A stretch of DNA of 64,000 nucleotides, taken from positions 32,001 through 96,000 of the forward strand of contig CAWIGG010000003.1 in NCBI GenBank assembly GCA_963835575.1, given 5' to 3'. Below the pieces are notes generated by a model that saw only the letters and a list, made by a program, of their open reading frames with translations, had not been told where the DNA came from and did not search any database. The stretch is from an uncultured Spirochaetota bacterium (GTDB taxonomy: Bacteria; Spirochaetota; Brevinematia; Brevinematales; JAOACQ01). How positions within the stretch are numbered: position 1 is the stretch's first letter; each line of letters starts with the position of its first letter. Below, piece after piece: positions 17,868-28,217 of the stretch. The position numbers and the translations under genes were made by a program.

Positions 17868-18401
17868 TCAATTCTTTCTCTCCAGCAGCTTCTCCACGAG
17901 CTTTTTCAGTTCAATGATTTCATTCTGCAAAGAAGCGATTTTTTCCTCCAGAACCGATTGAGAAACAATGATCGAGACCGCGTTGGCTGAAGTCTGCCAG
18001 CCTTCCCCTTTTTCCGATAAAACCAGGTCCAGGATGGCAGGCTCGCCTCCTTTAACCGCAATGTTCTGGATATAGCTCGGTTTATAACCGGTATAACCCA
18101 TGGGAACGATCATCAGGTCATAATTCCCGGGTTCCAGATTATCTAAATTAAAAATGCTTTTATCCCATCTGGCGCTTTCACCGCCGACCTTTTTCCCTTT
18201 ATAAAAAAGAGTCAGATTTGCTGTAACGGTGCCGACGGATTTTCTCTCGCTGTAAAGAGAGACTTTTTCCCCGTCCATTCCTTTGCCGTAAATAGTCCCG
18301 ACGATCAAACCCCTATCCTTCCGGGAAGATTCTTCGCAGAAAAGCCGTGCGGAAAAAAGAAATAAAACCATTAAAAAACAACCAACCGCTTTTTTAAACA
18401 T
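17868..18401 (-). CDS. Secreted protein with carboxypeptidase-regulatory-like (transthyretin-fold) domain and coiled-coil tail
   Basis: Signal peptide; LDNLEPGNYDL..GY motif; start set at the ATG after GGAGG. Confidence 0.65.
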   Translation of the reverse strand: MFKKAVGCFLMVLFLFSARLFCEESSRKDRGLIVGTIYGKGMDGEKVSLYSERKSVGTVTANLTLFYKGKKVGGESARWDKSIFNLDNLEPGNYDLMIVPMGYTGYKPSYIQNIAVKGGEPAILDLVLSEKGEGWQTSANAVSIIVSQSVLEEKIASLQNEIIELKKLVEKLLERKN

Positions 18402-18677
18402 TAGTTTAACCTCCATTTTTCATATTATTACCATTAAAAAACATAAATAATTAAGAATTAACCGGGGATATTTTACATCCCGCCGGAAAATGCCGCGAAT
18501 TTTCCATTAATATAAATAAGGATAAATTCAAAAACCTGCTCTTGATTTATTTTTCAATAACAGTTAATATAAATCGAGGCTTATAATTAAATTTTAACAA
18601 TATTTTCTTTTTAGAGGAATTTATTTTATAATATAATAACTAATAATGTAATTTTATGATAATTTAGGGAGGTCTTT

Positions 18678-19184
18678 ATGAAAATTTGGATAGTCGGTTT
18701 AATTTTATTCTGTTTAAGCATGACGGCTTTTGCGCGGTCTTTTGACAACCTTACGCCTGTCCAGCGAAAATCTTTCGCTTCCGACTGGCTTGATACCGGC
18801 AAGGCGTATTATGCGAGCCATAAGAATACCAAAGCCAAGAATTGTTTTTTATACGTAAATGATCTCTATCCGATGGGCAAAGACGCGGAGGAAGCCCGGG
18901 CGCTCCTGAAAGATAACTTTAAAATTACCGTCAATTATAATCCTGAAACACAATTCAAGGCTTATATTAAAAGGGCTGACACCGCAGCCGGCAATAATTA
19001 TAAACTCAACAATCTTCTGATGGCCCTGGAAATAAAAACTGATAAGGATATCCTTCATAAAACCGCGGTTGTTTATAACTCACTGGGCGATAAAGACAAA
19101 GCCTCTGAATACCTGAAGAAAGCCCTGGACGCGGGACTTTCCCCCGATTCTGTTGACCCAAGCCTTAAAGACCTGAATAAATAA
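18678..19184 (+). CDS. Secreted TPR-like protein
   Basis: Signal peptide ending AFA; AVVYNSLGDKDKASEYLKKAL. Confidence 0.75.
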   Translation: MKIWIVGLILFCLSMTAFARSFDNLTPVQRKSFASDWLDTGKAYYASHKNTKAKNCFLYVNDLYPMGKDAEEARALLKDNFKITVNYNPETQFKAYIKRADTAAGNNYKLNNLLMALEIKTDKDILHKTAVVYNSLGDKDKASEYLKKALDAGLSPDSVDPSLKDLNK

Positions 19185-19215
19185 GGCGGGCTTTATCTCA
19201 TAGACGGGGGAGATT

Positions 19216-20931
19216 GTGGAATTTGTTTTTGTCGGCGCAGGGCTGTTATTTTTAATCGGTTATTATTTGTTCTATTCAATGCAGGACCGGAAGATCAGGC
19301 AGGCTGAAAAAGCGGTTCAGGCCGGCGATCTTGATACTGCCCTTTCCATTTTCATGAATTCTTTAAGAAAGAATCCCAATGATATCGAATCGCTCTGGCA
19401 CCTGGGCAATATTAATGAAGAAAAAAAACAATACCCGGAAGCCATCGGCTATTATACGAAGCTTCTGGAGATCGGAAAAGAAAGCCGTCTCTTCACTTCA
19501 TATGAGCTTTACAGAAGGGTCGGGCTTCTCTATCATATTATTGACAGGGACCAGGAAGCCCTCGATTTTCTAATGCAGGCTTACAATATGATCCAGTCTT
19601 CCAAGGAAGTGCTGGAGACTATCGCCATCATTATTTATTCCCAGAAGTTTTTTCACAGGGCCGTCGCTTTCTTTGAAAGGGCCTATCAGTTCTTGAAGCG
19701 AAAGCCGCCTTTTCTTAAATATTTCGGCCTCTGCCTTGTCATGACCGACCGCCTCAATGAATCGGCCGGCCTGCTGGAAGAATCCTCGCGGCTGGACCCG
19801 CGGGATTTTCAGACGCGCTTTATCCTCGCGTATGTCTATTTTAAGATCGGCGCTATCCAAAAGGCGAGGGAACTGGTGGAAGATATTGTCAATTCAGAAA
19901 GAACATCCCTGAACAGCGAACAGCTCTATTACTCGATCAAGATACTTTTCCTTATCTATCTCAATGAAAAAAATTATGATATCGCCAGGGAGCTGGCCGG
20001 CCAGCTGAAAAAAATAAATGACGGCCTCAAAAGCAAAACTTTTGAGGAAGAAACCAATATGGCCTATATTTTTTTCCGGATCAAACAGGGCTATTTTGAT
20101 GTGGCCCTTGAAAGCATCAGTAAAAATATCGATATAAAAGAAAGTATGGAAGGAATGGATGATGAGGAAAAACAGCAATTGAGGGAAACCCGCAGCTATA
20201 TCTATGAAATGGTTTCAACGCTGGATAAATATAAAAAAGAAAGCGAAAAATCGCTTTACACGGGGAATAAGCCCCTAAAGCTGGATGTTGATTTTGCGCT
20301 GCTGGAATCAAGAGCGCAGGACGCGGGCAAAGAGCTCGCGAAAATGTATGATGAATGGCAGGGCAAATTTGTGTCTTCGGAAACCCTCTGGGAGTTTTTT
20401 AAACCAAAGGCCAAGAGCCAGTTTGATCCCACAATTATTCTTGATAAATACGCCGAAGATACTTTCCGGTCATTAAAGAAAAAAACTTCGCCTTCATTAA
20501 AGGAAACCATAGACAAAGAAAGAAAGGATGATACGGCCCAGATTGACCCCTGCAAGGTCTTTATGGAGGCCGACCTTCCAACATTTCTGGAAATGTCGGC
20601 AAAATTGGTGGAAAATATGGGCCTAAAGGTCATCAATCAGGCCGTTAAAATCGACCCTCTCGCCTATTCAGAGGGCAGGGCCGTTGATATGCTCTGCGAA
20701 GAAAAATATCAGAAGGATTCCAGGGTCCTTTTCTGCATAAGAAGATGGACGGAACCTATTGGTTATCTCAGCGTCAGCTCGATCATCCAGGCCCTTAAAA
20801 CACTGCAGGCCGGAAAGCTGATCCTCGTATCGACATCTTCTCTTTCCCTGGAAGCCAGCCGGGCTTTCGAGGACAACCCCGACATTCAATTTTTCCCCTG
20901 CGAGGAAGTGGCCAATAATTTCAGCGAATAA
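19216..20931 (+). CDS. Membrane-anchored TPR protein with C-terminal Mrr-like PD-(D/E)XK domain
   Basis: N-terminal TM, several TPRs, then FLEMSAKLVENMGLKV..GRAVDM..LFCIRRW.EPIG..ILVSTSSLS.EA. Confidence 0.75.
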   Translation: MEFVFVGAGLLFLIGYYLFYSMQDRKIRQAEKAVQAGDLDTALSIFMNSLRKNPNDIESLWHLGNINEEKKQYPEAIGYYTKLLEIGKESRLFTSYELYRRVGLLYHIIDRDQEALDFLMQAYNMIQSSKEVLETIAIIIYSQKFFHRAVAFFERAYQFLKRKPPFLKYFGLCLVMTDRLNESAGLLEESSRLDPRDFQTRFILAYVYFKIGAIQKARELVEDIVNSERTSLNSEQLYYSIKILFLIYLNEKNYDIARELAGQLKKINDGLKSKTFEEETNMAYIFFRIKQGYFDVALESISKNIDIKESMEGMDDEEKQQLRETRSYIYEMVSTLDKYKKESEKSLYTGNKPLKLDVDFALLESRAQDAGKELAKMYDEWQGKFVSSETLWEFFKPKAKSQFDPTIILDKYAEDTFRSLKKKTSPSLKETIDKERKDDTAQIDPCKVFMEADLPTFLEMSAKLVENMGLKVINQAVKIDPLAYSEGRAVDMLCEEKYQKDSRVLFCIRRWTEPIGYLSVSSIIQALKTLQAGKLILVSTSSLSLEASRAFEDNPDIQFFPCEEVANNFSE

Positions 20932-20945
20932 GGGAGGCTTGTTTT

Positions 20946-21832
20946 ATGAATTGGACAAAGAAGGCCTTAAACCTTATAGCAAGCGGTCTGATCGTACTGA
21001 TAATCATCGTCTGGGCTTACTTTCTCTATCAGGATTTTAAAGACCTGCCCGTATCCGGAGAAAATTTAAAATTTACTGTTTTTAATGTTAAAATCCTTCT
21101 TTTCTCCCTGTTTCTCATCACGTCATTAACCACCGCTTTTTACCTGAACTCGATGGATAAAAGAGAAATAAAACAGCAGCCGGGGGATCATGACCATTCT
21201 TTCCTGGTACAGAAAATAAATGACGCTATAAATTTAATAAAAAACCTGCCGAAGGCAGTGGAAGAAAAAAAGGCGCCTGAAAAAGCGCCGGCGGCGGATC
21301 CCGTCGACGCGAAAGACCTGGAAAAAATTCAAAAGTATTCATCCGTCAGGAGTAAAGACGATCTTTTTCCCCCCTTCATCGAAGCGGCCGCGAACTCACC
21401 CGGGCCGGAAGAATATCCGTCTATCTTTATGATTTTCAAAATAAAAAGCTGACAATGATGAAAAATACCGGGTTCAAAACCAATTATACTTTTGATGAAA
21501 AAGAAGAAGACCTGGAACGGAGCATCGCATGGCAGGCTTTTCAAAACAGCAAGAGGATTTTCGCGACAAATATTGAAACGCATCCCGGGATCAGCAGAAA
21601 GAACAAATCACAGTACAGTAAAAAATCCCTGATGATCCTGCCCATAAGGATTCTTGAAGACGAAACGGTCGGGGTCGTCAATATGACCGAGAAAAATACT
21701 GAAGACGGCGTTTTTTCGAAAAAGGACCTTGAACTAATGGGCATACTTTTGGGCCTTCTGGAAGCGAAGCTTGAAAACCAGATCCTCTTAGATTCCCTCG
21801 AGGGGTTCATATCAAAAAAAGAAAAAGCCTGA
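20946..21832 (+). CDS. Two-TM membrane protein with C-terminal GAF domain (frameshift near 21393)
   Basis: Adding one A at 21393 gives EAAAKLTRAGRISVYLYD..SIAWQAF..SLMILPI..VGVVNMT..FSKKDLELM. Confidence 0.75.
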
Positions 21833-21895
21833 AAATATATTCAAGAAAAGCTTAAACATTAATACCTGAAATTTTTTTTCACCACAGAGTGCACA

Positions 21896-23600
21896 GACAG
21901 ACTGTGTGAAAAAGGCGGTGTAAGACAATAAAGGCGGAGAAAAATCCTCAAATTTATTTTAATAAGGTATAATATGTAATCAAATTTGAGGTGTGTAAGA
22001 TGAACCATATAACAGGAGAGCCAAGAGACCAGATAGTACTTTACGCGGAAACTATTGATGGTTTGATAGAAGAGAAGAACCCTGTAAGAATTATAGACGC
22101 ATATGTGAGCAGACTAAACATCAGGAGGTTGGGATTCAAAATTAAAGAGGCGAAAAAAGGGCGTCCATCCTACACAGCGGATGTATTGTTGAAAATATAT
22201 ATTTACGGATATTTGAACAAAGTCAGGACCACGAGGAAATTAGAAAACGAATGTAAAAGGAATACGGAACTGATATGGCTGACCTGCCGCTTAGCGCCTG
22301 ATTTTAAGACCATAGCGGATTTCAGAAGGGATAATATTAAGGGCATAAAAAACATTTTCAAAGAGTTTTTGAAAGTATGCCGCAAATTAGAACTGCTGAC
22401 ATTTAAATTAACAGCGACAGATGGAACGAAAATAAGTGGGCAAAACAGTCTGGGTAATATTTATAGGCGGGAAAGCATTGAAGGAGTTGAGAAAAAGATT
22501 AATGAAAAAATAGACAAATATCTTTTGGAATTGGATAAAAATGATAAATCGGAAGAAAACGAGTTTGAGTTTTTATCCAGCAACATTGAAAAAAAGCTGG
22601 ACAGCCTCAAGACAAGAAAAGAAAAAGTAGAAGCGATAAAAAAAATGTTTGAGGCCGATCCGGAACTTGAAATCGTTTACGGGAATGATCCCGACGGCAG
22701 AATTGGGAAAGATAAAGGGAAAACGGATGTTTTGTACAACGCGCAGATAGCAGTGGACGAAAAGAATAAATTGATTGTCGCGGTGGATGTAACCAATGAA
22801 AGTAATGATGTTCATCAAGCGGGAAATATGGTTAATAAAGTTGAAGAAATAAAGAAAGAACTTGAAGCCGAACCGGGATTAAAAACCATACATGTCCTGG
22901 ATGCCGGATATTATTGCGAAAGTGAGATATTACCGCTTACAGACGGGGGTCATGAAATCTATATTCCAAGCCCGCGCGATGAAAAAGAAAAAAAGTCCAG
23001 GTACAAAGAGCAGCAGAAAGAAAGTATCCCGGCAAAAGGATATCTGGCAGAAGATTTCAAGATTGATAAAGAGAAGAACCAGTTGATTTGTCCGCAAGGA
23101 TTACGATTAAATAATCAAAGTGTATATCAGGATAAAAACACGGGGATTACTGTAGCGGAATTCAAGTGCAGGAACAAGAATTGTGAGAAGAAGCATTTAT
23201 GCACAAAAAGCAAAGAAGGCAGGACGGTAAAGTTATCGGTGCGAAAGGAAGATATGGATAAATTCGATGAGAAGGTCCGAAGTGAATTGGGGCAAAAGAT
23301 TGTTGCAATCAGAAAAGAGTTGGCAGAACATCCATTTGGAACAATAAAAGGAAATTTTGGTTATAATAATTTCTTGCTGAAGGGGATTGATAAAGTAAAA
23401 AGCGAGTTTAATTTCACGGCATTTATCTATAATTTTAAAAGAGTTCTGAATATTGCTGGTTTTGATAAGTTATTAGCCGCAATATAGTCTGAATTTCAAT
23501 GATTATCAGTAATTTTTTATTCAGGCTCTTCTTTAAAGTAAGCAGGAACCTTTAGATGCCTGATCTTATAAATGTATTCTCTTTTTTCACACAGTCTGTC
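21896..23600 (+). mobile_element. IS1182-family insertion sequence
   Basis: Perfect 18-bp inverted repeat GACAGACTGTGTGAAAAA (21896-21913 / 23583-23600) around a transposase; exact ends uncertain by about 3 bp. Confidence 0.92.
21991..23487 (+). CDS. IS1182-family DDE transposase
   Basis: GRPSY..LLKIYIYGY, PDFKTIADFR, DGTKI, YNAQ, DAGY, R...EHPFGTIK, YNFKR; real start may be ATG 22000. Confidence 0.95.
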   Translation: MCKMNHITGEPRDQIVLYAETIDGLIEEKNPVRIIDAYVSRLNIRRLGFKIKEAKKGRPSYTADVLLKIYIYGYLNKVRTTRKLENECKRNTELIWLTCRLAPDFKTIADFRRDNIKGIKNIFKEFLKVCRKLELLTFKLTATDGTKISGQNSLGNIYRRESIEGVEKKINEKIDKYLLELDKNDKSEENEFEFLSSNIEKKLDSLKTRKEKVEAIKKMFEADPELEIVYGNDPDGRIGKDKGKTDVLYNAQIAVDEKNKLIVAVDVTNESNDVHQAGNMVNKVEEIKKELEAEPGLKTIHVLDAGYYCESEILPLTDGGHEIYIPSPRDEKEKKSRYKEQQKESIPAKGYLAEDFKIDKEKNQLICPQGLRLNNQSVYQDKNTGITVAEFKCRNKNCEKKHLCTKSKEGRTVKLSVRKEDMDKFDEKVRSELGQKIVAIRKELAEHPFGTIKGNFGYNNFLLKGIDKVKSEFNFTAFIYNFKRVLNIAGFDKLLAAI

Positions 23601-23680
23601 CGTGATCTCTGTGGTTAATTTATGGCTTTTATAAAGATTTCAATAAATCCTTATTATCAATGAAATATTTTTCCCCGGCC

Positions 23681-23710
23681 GCAATATTCCTTAAACTGCT
23701 TCGTCAATAT
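23681..23710 (+). promoter_or_regulatory. Putative autoregulatory ECF promoter
   Basis: GCAATA-N15-CGTCAATAT directly upstream of the sigma gene. Confidence 0.65.
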
Positions 23711-23725
23711 GAGTGAGAGAAGATT

Positions 23726-24331
23726 ATGGATATGACAATATCAGCGGCCCCGGCATATGAATACGGCTTTAAAGAGAGGTCTATGAAAGAAGGACATAAT
23801 TTGACCGTGCGGATTGTCGACTTTTTTAAATCGCAGAGAGGCAAGCTTATCCACTACATCCGCGGCAGGCTCCGCGACGCTGCCGACAGGGACGCGGAAG
23901 ATATCCTTCAGGACGTGATGCTTAATATACTGGAATCTGTCGATCCTGCCTCTCCGATTGAAAACCTGGGCGCTTATGTTTATAGATCAGTGCAGAACAG
24001 GATCACCGATAATTACAGGAAGCCGAAAAACCAGGTATACCTGGATGAGCCGGCCGATAAGGAGAACGGACTGACCCTTTCCGAAATCCTTTCGGACGTC
24101 CGCTATGACACGCATAATATGATTGAAAAGAGGGAAATCATGGAAAGGATTTACAAAGCCCTGGACAGTCTTTCATCAGAACAGAAGGCGGTCTGGATCG
24201 CGACCGAACTGGAAGACCATCATTTTGAAGAGCTTGCCGTCCTCTGGGACGAGCCGATGGGCACGCTTCTGGCAAGGAAGCACAGGGCTTCAGCGGTTTT
24301 AAGAAAAAAGCTGAAAGACCTGATGTTATAA
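23726..24331 (+). CDS. ECF RNA polymerase sigma factor
   Basis: DAEDILQDV, AYVYR..NRITD.YRK, L..EQ..V..FEELA..GTLLARKHRA. Confidence 0.92.
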   Translation: MDMTISAAPAYEYGFKERSMKEGHNLTVRIVDFFKSQRGKLIHYIRGRLRDAADRDAEDILQDVMLNILESVDPASPIENLGAYVYRSVQNRITDNYRKPKNQVYLDEPADKENGLTLSEILSDVRYDTHNMIEKREIMERIYKALDSLSSEQKAVWIATELEDHHFEELAVLWDEPMGTLLARKHRASAVLRKKLKDLML

Positions 24332-24354
24332 ATTTTTAAATAGTGGAGGATCAT

Positions 24355-24795
24355 ATGAATAGATGGAGAAGTTCTTTTTGGAGGCGGGGACCCGGAATAT
24401 TTACCGCTACGATAATGGGCCTGGTATTTATCACCCTGTTTGCTTTTCTTTTCGGGTTTATCGTACAGCAGCTCTGGAACGCGCTCATGCCGTCGCTTTT
24501 TAATCTTAAAACCATCACATACTGGCAGGGTTTCGGGCTTGTGATTCTGGCGAGGATCCTGATCGGCACCTTCGGCTCCGGTATGGGGAAGCGCAGCCAT
24601 TACCACAAAATGAAACACTACGGGCCCGGCTACGACGAGGACAGCGACAACCAGTGGTATGTCAGAGGCGGATGGAATAAATGGAAATACTACAATAAAT
24701 ACTGGAAGGAAGAAGGCAAAGAGGCCTTTGAGAAGTACATTGAAAAACTTGAAAACGAGCGTCAGGATAAAGACACTCAGGAACCCGGAAAATAA
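24355..24795 (+). CDS. Membrane protein co-transcribed with the ECF sigma
   Basis: VQQLWNALMPSLFNLKTITYWQGFGLVILARIL, 2-3 TMs; ATG after GGAGG. Confidence 0.8.
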   Translation: MNRWRSSFWRRGPGIFTATIMGLVFITLFAFLFGFIVQQLWNALMPSLFNLKTITYWQGFGLVILARILIGTFGSGMGKRSHYHKMKHYGPGYDEDSDNQWYVRGGWNKWKYYNKYWKEEGKEAFEKYIEKLENERQDKDTQEPGK

Positions 24796-24797
24796 AC

Positions 24798-24839
24798 GGC
24801 ACGGGTAGAGACGCAGCATGCTTCGCCTCTACCCGTGCC
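24798..24839. repeat. GTAG-type REP-like hairpin between convergent genes
   Basis: GGCACGGGTAGAGACGCAGCATGCTTCGCCTCTACCCGTGCC. Confidence 0.8.
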
Positions 24840-25133
24840 CTATTCGTACATGAGAAAATCGGTTTTATAAGAAACAATCTTTTCAGGATGAAAACTCTCT
24901 ATTAAATTAAAAACATTCGACAGAATACTCTGCAGATATCCCGAATCGCCGGAAACGGCCGCGACGGCGATTTTAGCCCTGGGCGTCACATCTTCCGTTT
25001 CGGTAATTTCAGAGATGCTCACATTAAACTTTTTCCTCACCATGTCTTTTATACTGCGGAGAACATTCCGTCTCTCTTTTATCGTCTCATGGAAGGGAAT
25101 TGACAGGTCGATTGATAAAACCCCGATAACCAT
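24840..25133 (-). CDS. DUF503 (YlxP-like) protein
   Basis: MVIGVLSIDL..KERR..SIK..KKFNVSISE. Confidence 0.88.
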   Translation of the reverse strand: MVIGVLSIDLSIPFHETIKERRNVLRSIKDMVRKKFNVSISEITETEDVTPRAKIAVAAVSGDSGYLQSILSNVFNLIESFHPEKIVSYKTDFLMYE

Positions 25134-25156
25134 TATCCGCCTCCTTTTTTTAAGGT

Positions 25157-25186
25157 CAGTTCTAAAAACTAATGTTTTTAGAACTG
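25157..25186. repeat. CAGTTCYAAAAAC hairpin family copy
   Basis: CAGTTCTAAAAAC-TAAT-GTTTTTAGAACTG. Confidence 0.75.
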
Positions 25187-25220
25187 CGATTGCAGCGCAG
25201 AATCATGCTGTCCTAAGCCG

Positions 25221-26551
25221 CTATTTATAACAGCGGACCATATCCAGAACCGCTTCCCATTTTTCGCATTTCTCAAAGCGGAACAACTCTGGATATTTAA
25301 TAAATTCCTTAAATGGGATTTTTGACAATATATTCTTATAGTTTTCAGCCAATATCATCTGGTAGTTGCAGAGGACGCGGTAGAGTATTTTCCTTTTCAT
25401 GATATAAGGTATTTCGATGCCGTATCTTTTAATAATCCGTTCTGTTTCTTTATTGCAGAAATCCTGGTCCGGCCAGAATTCCCAGCCGTTACAGGCCTTT
25501 AGAGCGAACTTCATCCAGGGGGAATTTTCGGCCGGGTGCAGGCTCCCCATAGCGCGGGCATCCTTATAGGACCACATCGACCACGAAATCCCCTCTTCCT
25601 CCAGGATCTCAAGAAAATCGCAGAGTAGTTTTTCCTGAAATTTTCTATTTCCTTTCTTCATTGAAACCCCTGTCTCTCCGCACCAGACAGGTCTTTTAAG
25701 CCTGTTCCTGATATCCTTGAGCGTGACAACATGGTTCAATACTTTACGGATACTTTCCTTTTGATGTTTTAGATCTTTACTGATATGATCTGTAAAAAAG
25801 AGCGGGTAAAAATGGAATGTGCATGCCGTATTCTTATCCCGGATTGTTTTGAAATGACTGAAATCTGTTGTATACGCATCGCCTTCAATAAACAGAAGAT
25901 GGTTTTTATCGACTTTGCGTATTTCTTTGATCAATTTATCGAAAAAGCCGTCGATGACGCTTTTATCGGAAACAAAAAGTACGGGTTCATTCAGAAGGTC
26001 ATAAGCGGCGATCCATGGATTGTTTTTATAATGCCCGGCGATATATTTCCAGAGGGCTATCACCCTTTCCCGGTAGTCCGCGGTTTCCCAGAAGAGGCTT
26101 TCCCCGACGGCGTTATCGCAGTGCCAGTCGGGATTCTGGCCGCCCGGCGCCGCGTGCAGGTCGAGAACGGCGTAAATCCCGTATTTTTTACAGTATGACA
26201 GAATACGGTCGATCTGCTCGAACCCTTTTTTATCATAAACATACGGGGCCTGGTCCGACTCGAAATGATGGTAATTGAAAGGGATCCTGACGGCGTTCAC
26301 TCCCAGTTCCTTCATAAACGCGAAGTCGCTTTCTCCAATATAACATTCATAATATTTCCGCCAGAACTCTTCCGCTTTCTCTTTTCCATAAACCCGGATT
26401 ATCTGACTTCGGACCTGGGACTCGGGACCGGGATCCCCAGCATGAAATGCTCCAGGTTCAGCCAGTTCCCGATACCATAACCGCGGAAAATAATCTTTTC
26501 CCCGTTTACCGAAAAATCCAGCCCTTTTACGCAGACGAAATTATTCTTCAC
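25221..26551 (-). CDS. Glycoside hydrolase family 5 (frameshift near 26431)
   Basis: GTG start at 26551: MKNNFV..RGYGIGNWLNLEHFM; adding one C gives GIPGPESQVR..FWRKY; then VRIPFNY, DLHAAPGGQN, YDLLNEP, HFY, WCGETG. Confidence 0.88.
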
Positions 26552-26567
26552 ATTTTCCCCCGATATG

Positions 26568-27974
26568 CTACGCGTCTTTTAAGAAAGCTTTATAACCCTT
26601 GAAAGTCTCATAAAGATCGGCTTTGCTGACCACTTCAAAGGGGGAATGCATACCGTCAACACCGACGCCGCAGTCCAGTACGGGAATGCCCCAATCAGCG
26701 AGATAGAGCGCGACGGTCCCGCCGCCGCCTTCGTCCACTTTGCCGAGGATGCTCGGCTGCCAGATCACTTTATTATCATTGAATATCTTTCTCACTTTGC
26801 CGACTATTTCGGCTGAGGCGTCGCTTGCCCCGGACTTGCCCCTGGAGCCCGTGTATTTCTCCAGAAGGATGCCGTATCCCATTTTCGGCGCGTTTGTCGC
26901 ATCAAACACGTCCTTGAACATGGGATTGATGACCGCCCCGACATCTCCGGATATGCAGAAGGATTTCTCCAGAAGGCCGCGGAGGTCCGACTCCTTGTAA
27001 TCCGGGTATTTCAGGCCGAGAATATTCCCGATGGAATTATAGAGGAACATGGAGCGGATGCCCGTAACGCCGTATGAGCCTATTTCCTCTTTTTCAACCA
27101 GAAGGGCTATGATCGTCCTGTCCGGCGTGCCGTTAAAATCGACAACGGCGCGGAAGGCCGCGTAGCTGCATGAACGGTCGTCATGCCCGTAAGCCCCGAC
27201 CATGCTCCTGTCGAAACCGACATCGCGGGCCTTATGGGCGGGCACGATCTCAAGCTCGGCCGATATAAAATCCTCTTCCGTTATCCCGTACAGCTCATTG
27301 AGCTTCTTAAGCGTCATCTCCTTCACTTTTTCCTGCATATCCTTATCATTAACCGGTATGTTCCCGATGAGGACCTTCAGGTTCTCGCCCTCAATGCCTT
27401 CCAGGAGCTTTTTCTCGCCCTGGACCTTTCCGGCAAGATGCGGCAGTATATCGTTGATCGTAAAGACAGGGTCCTTATCATCCTCGCCGACGCTGATATC
27501 AACAGACGTCCCGTCTGATTTCATTATTGTCCCATGAATCGCCAGGGGTATGTTCACCCACTGGTATTTCTTGATCCCGCCGTAATAGTGCGTCTTGAGA
27601 AGCGCCATATCGCTGTCCTCTATGAGCGGCAGGGGCTTTAAATCCAGCCGGGGGGCGTCTAAATGCGAAGCGATCATATTGATCCCTTCTTTCATATCTT
27701 TTTTTCCGATGATGACAAGCATGATGTTACGGCTGCCGTTCTTGATGATGATCTTCTCGCCCGGCGCGTATTTCGCGGCCGATATATCCTTAAAGCCCAT
27801 TTTTTTCGCTTCATCGTCCAGAAAACGGACGCATTCCCTTTCTGTTTTGCCCGCGTTCATGAACTTCTTATAGTCTTCCGCAAAATCGGAAATGAGGTTC
27901 ATTTCCGTCTTGCTGGCGCAGAGCCAGACGCTCTTTCTTTCATAGGCATAAGCCGACTTTTTTGTTTCCGCCAT
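26568..27974 (-). CDS. M18-family aminopeptidase
   Basis: SHLDAPRLDLK, THYYGGIKKYQW, YGHDDR, KEEIGS, KYTGSRGKSG, MHSPFE. Confidence 0.95.
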   Translation of the reverse strand: MAETKKSAYAYERKSVWLCASKTEMNLISDFAEDYKKFMNAGKTERECVRFLDDEAKKMGFKDISAAKYAPGEKIIIKNGSRNIMLVIIGKKDMKEGINMIASHLDAPRLDLKPLPLIEDSDMALLKTHYYGGIKKYQWVNIPLAIHGTIMKSDGTSVDISVGEDDKDPVFTINDILPHLAGKVQGEKKLLEGIEGENLKVLIGNIPVNDKDMQEKVKEMTLKKLNELYGITEEDFISAELEIVPAHKARDVGFDRSMVGAYGHDDRSCSYAAFRAVVDFNGTPDRTIIALLVEKEEIGSYGVTGIRSMFLYNSIGNILGLKYPDYKESDLRGLLEKSFCISGDVGAVINPMFKDVFDATNAPKMGYGILLEKYTGSRGKSGASDASAEIVGKVRKIFNDNKVIWQPSILGKVDEGGGGTVALYLADWGIPVLDCGVGVDGMHSPFEVVSKADLYETFKGYKAFLKDA

Positions 27975-28054
27975 TTTAATACTCCTGTTCTTTTTAAACT
28001 GTAAAGATTTATTTTAAAAGAAAATAGGTGAAAATGCAAGGAGAGACGTTTTGA

Positions 28055-28125
28055 CCGGCAGCCTGTCGGAATAAAAATTCCCGATAATTTAATTGAAAGA
28101 AAAGACTTTGACCCCCGGCTCACTG
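28055..28125 (+). repeat. About 72-bp direct repeat, copy A (copy B at 30793-30865)
   Basis: CCGGCAGCCTGTCGG..AATTTAAT..AAAGAAAAGACTTTGACCCCCGGCTCACTG. Confidence 0.8.
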
Positions 28126-28217
28126 TAAACGGTTGTTGAAAATGCCCCTTTATGTTATAATCTAAAATAATTGATTTGTGTCTTTTAATGCAAACAAAGA
28201 TATGTTGGAGGTTATTT

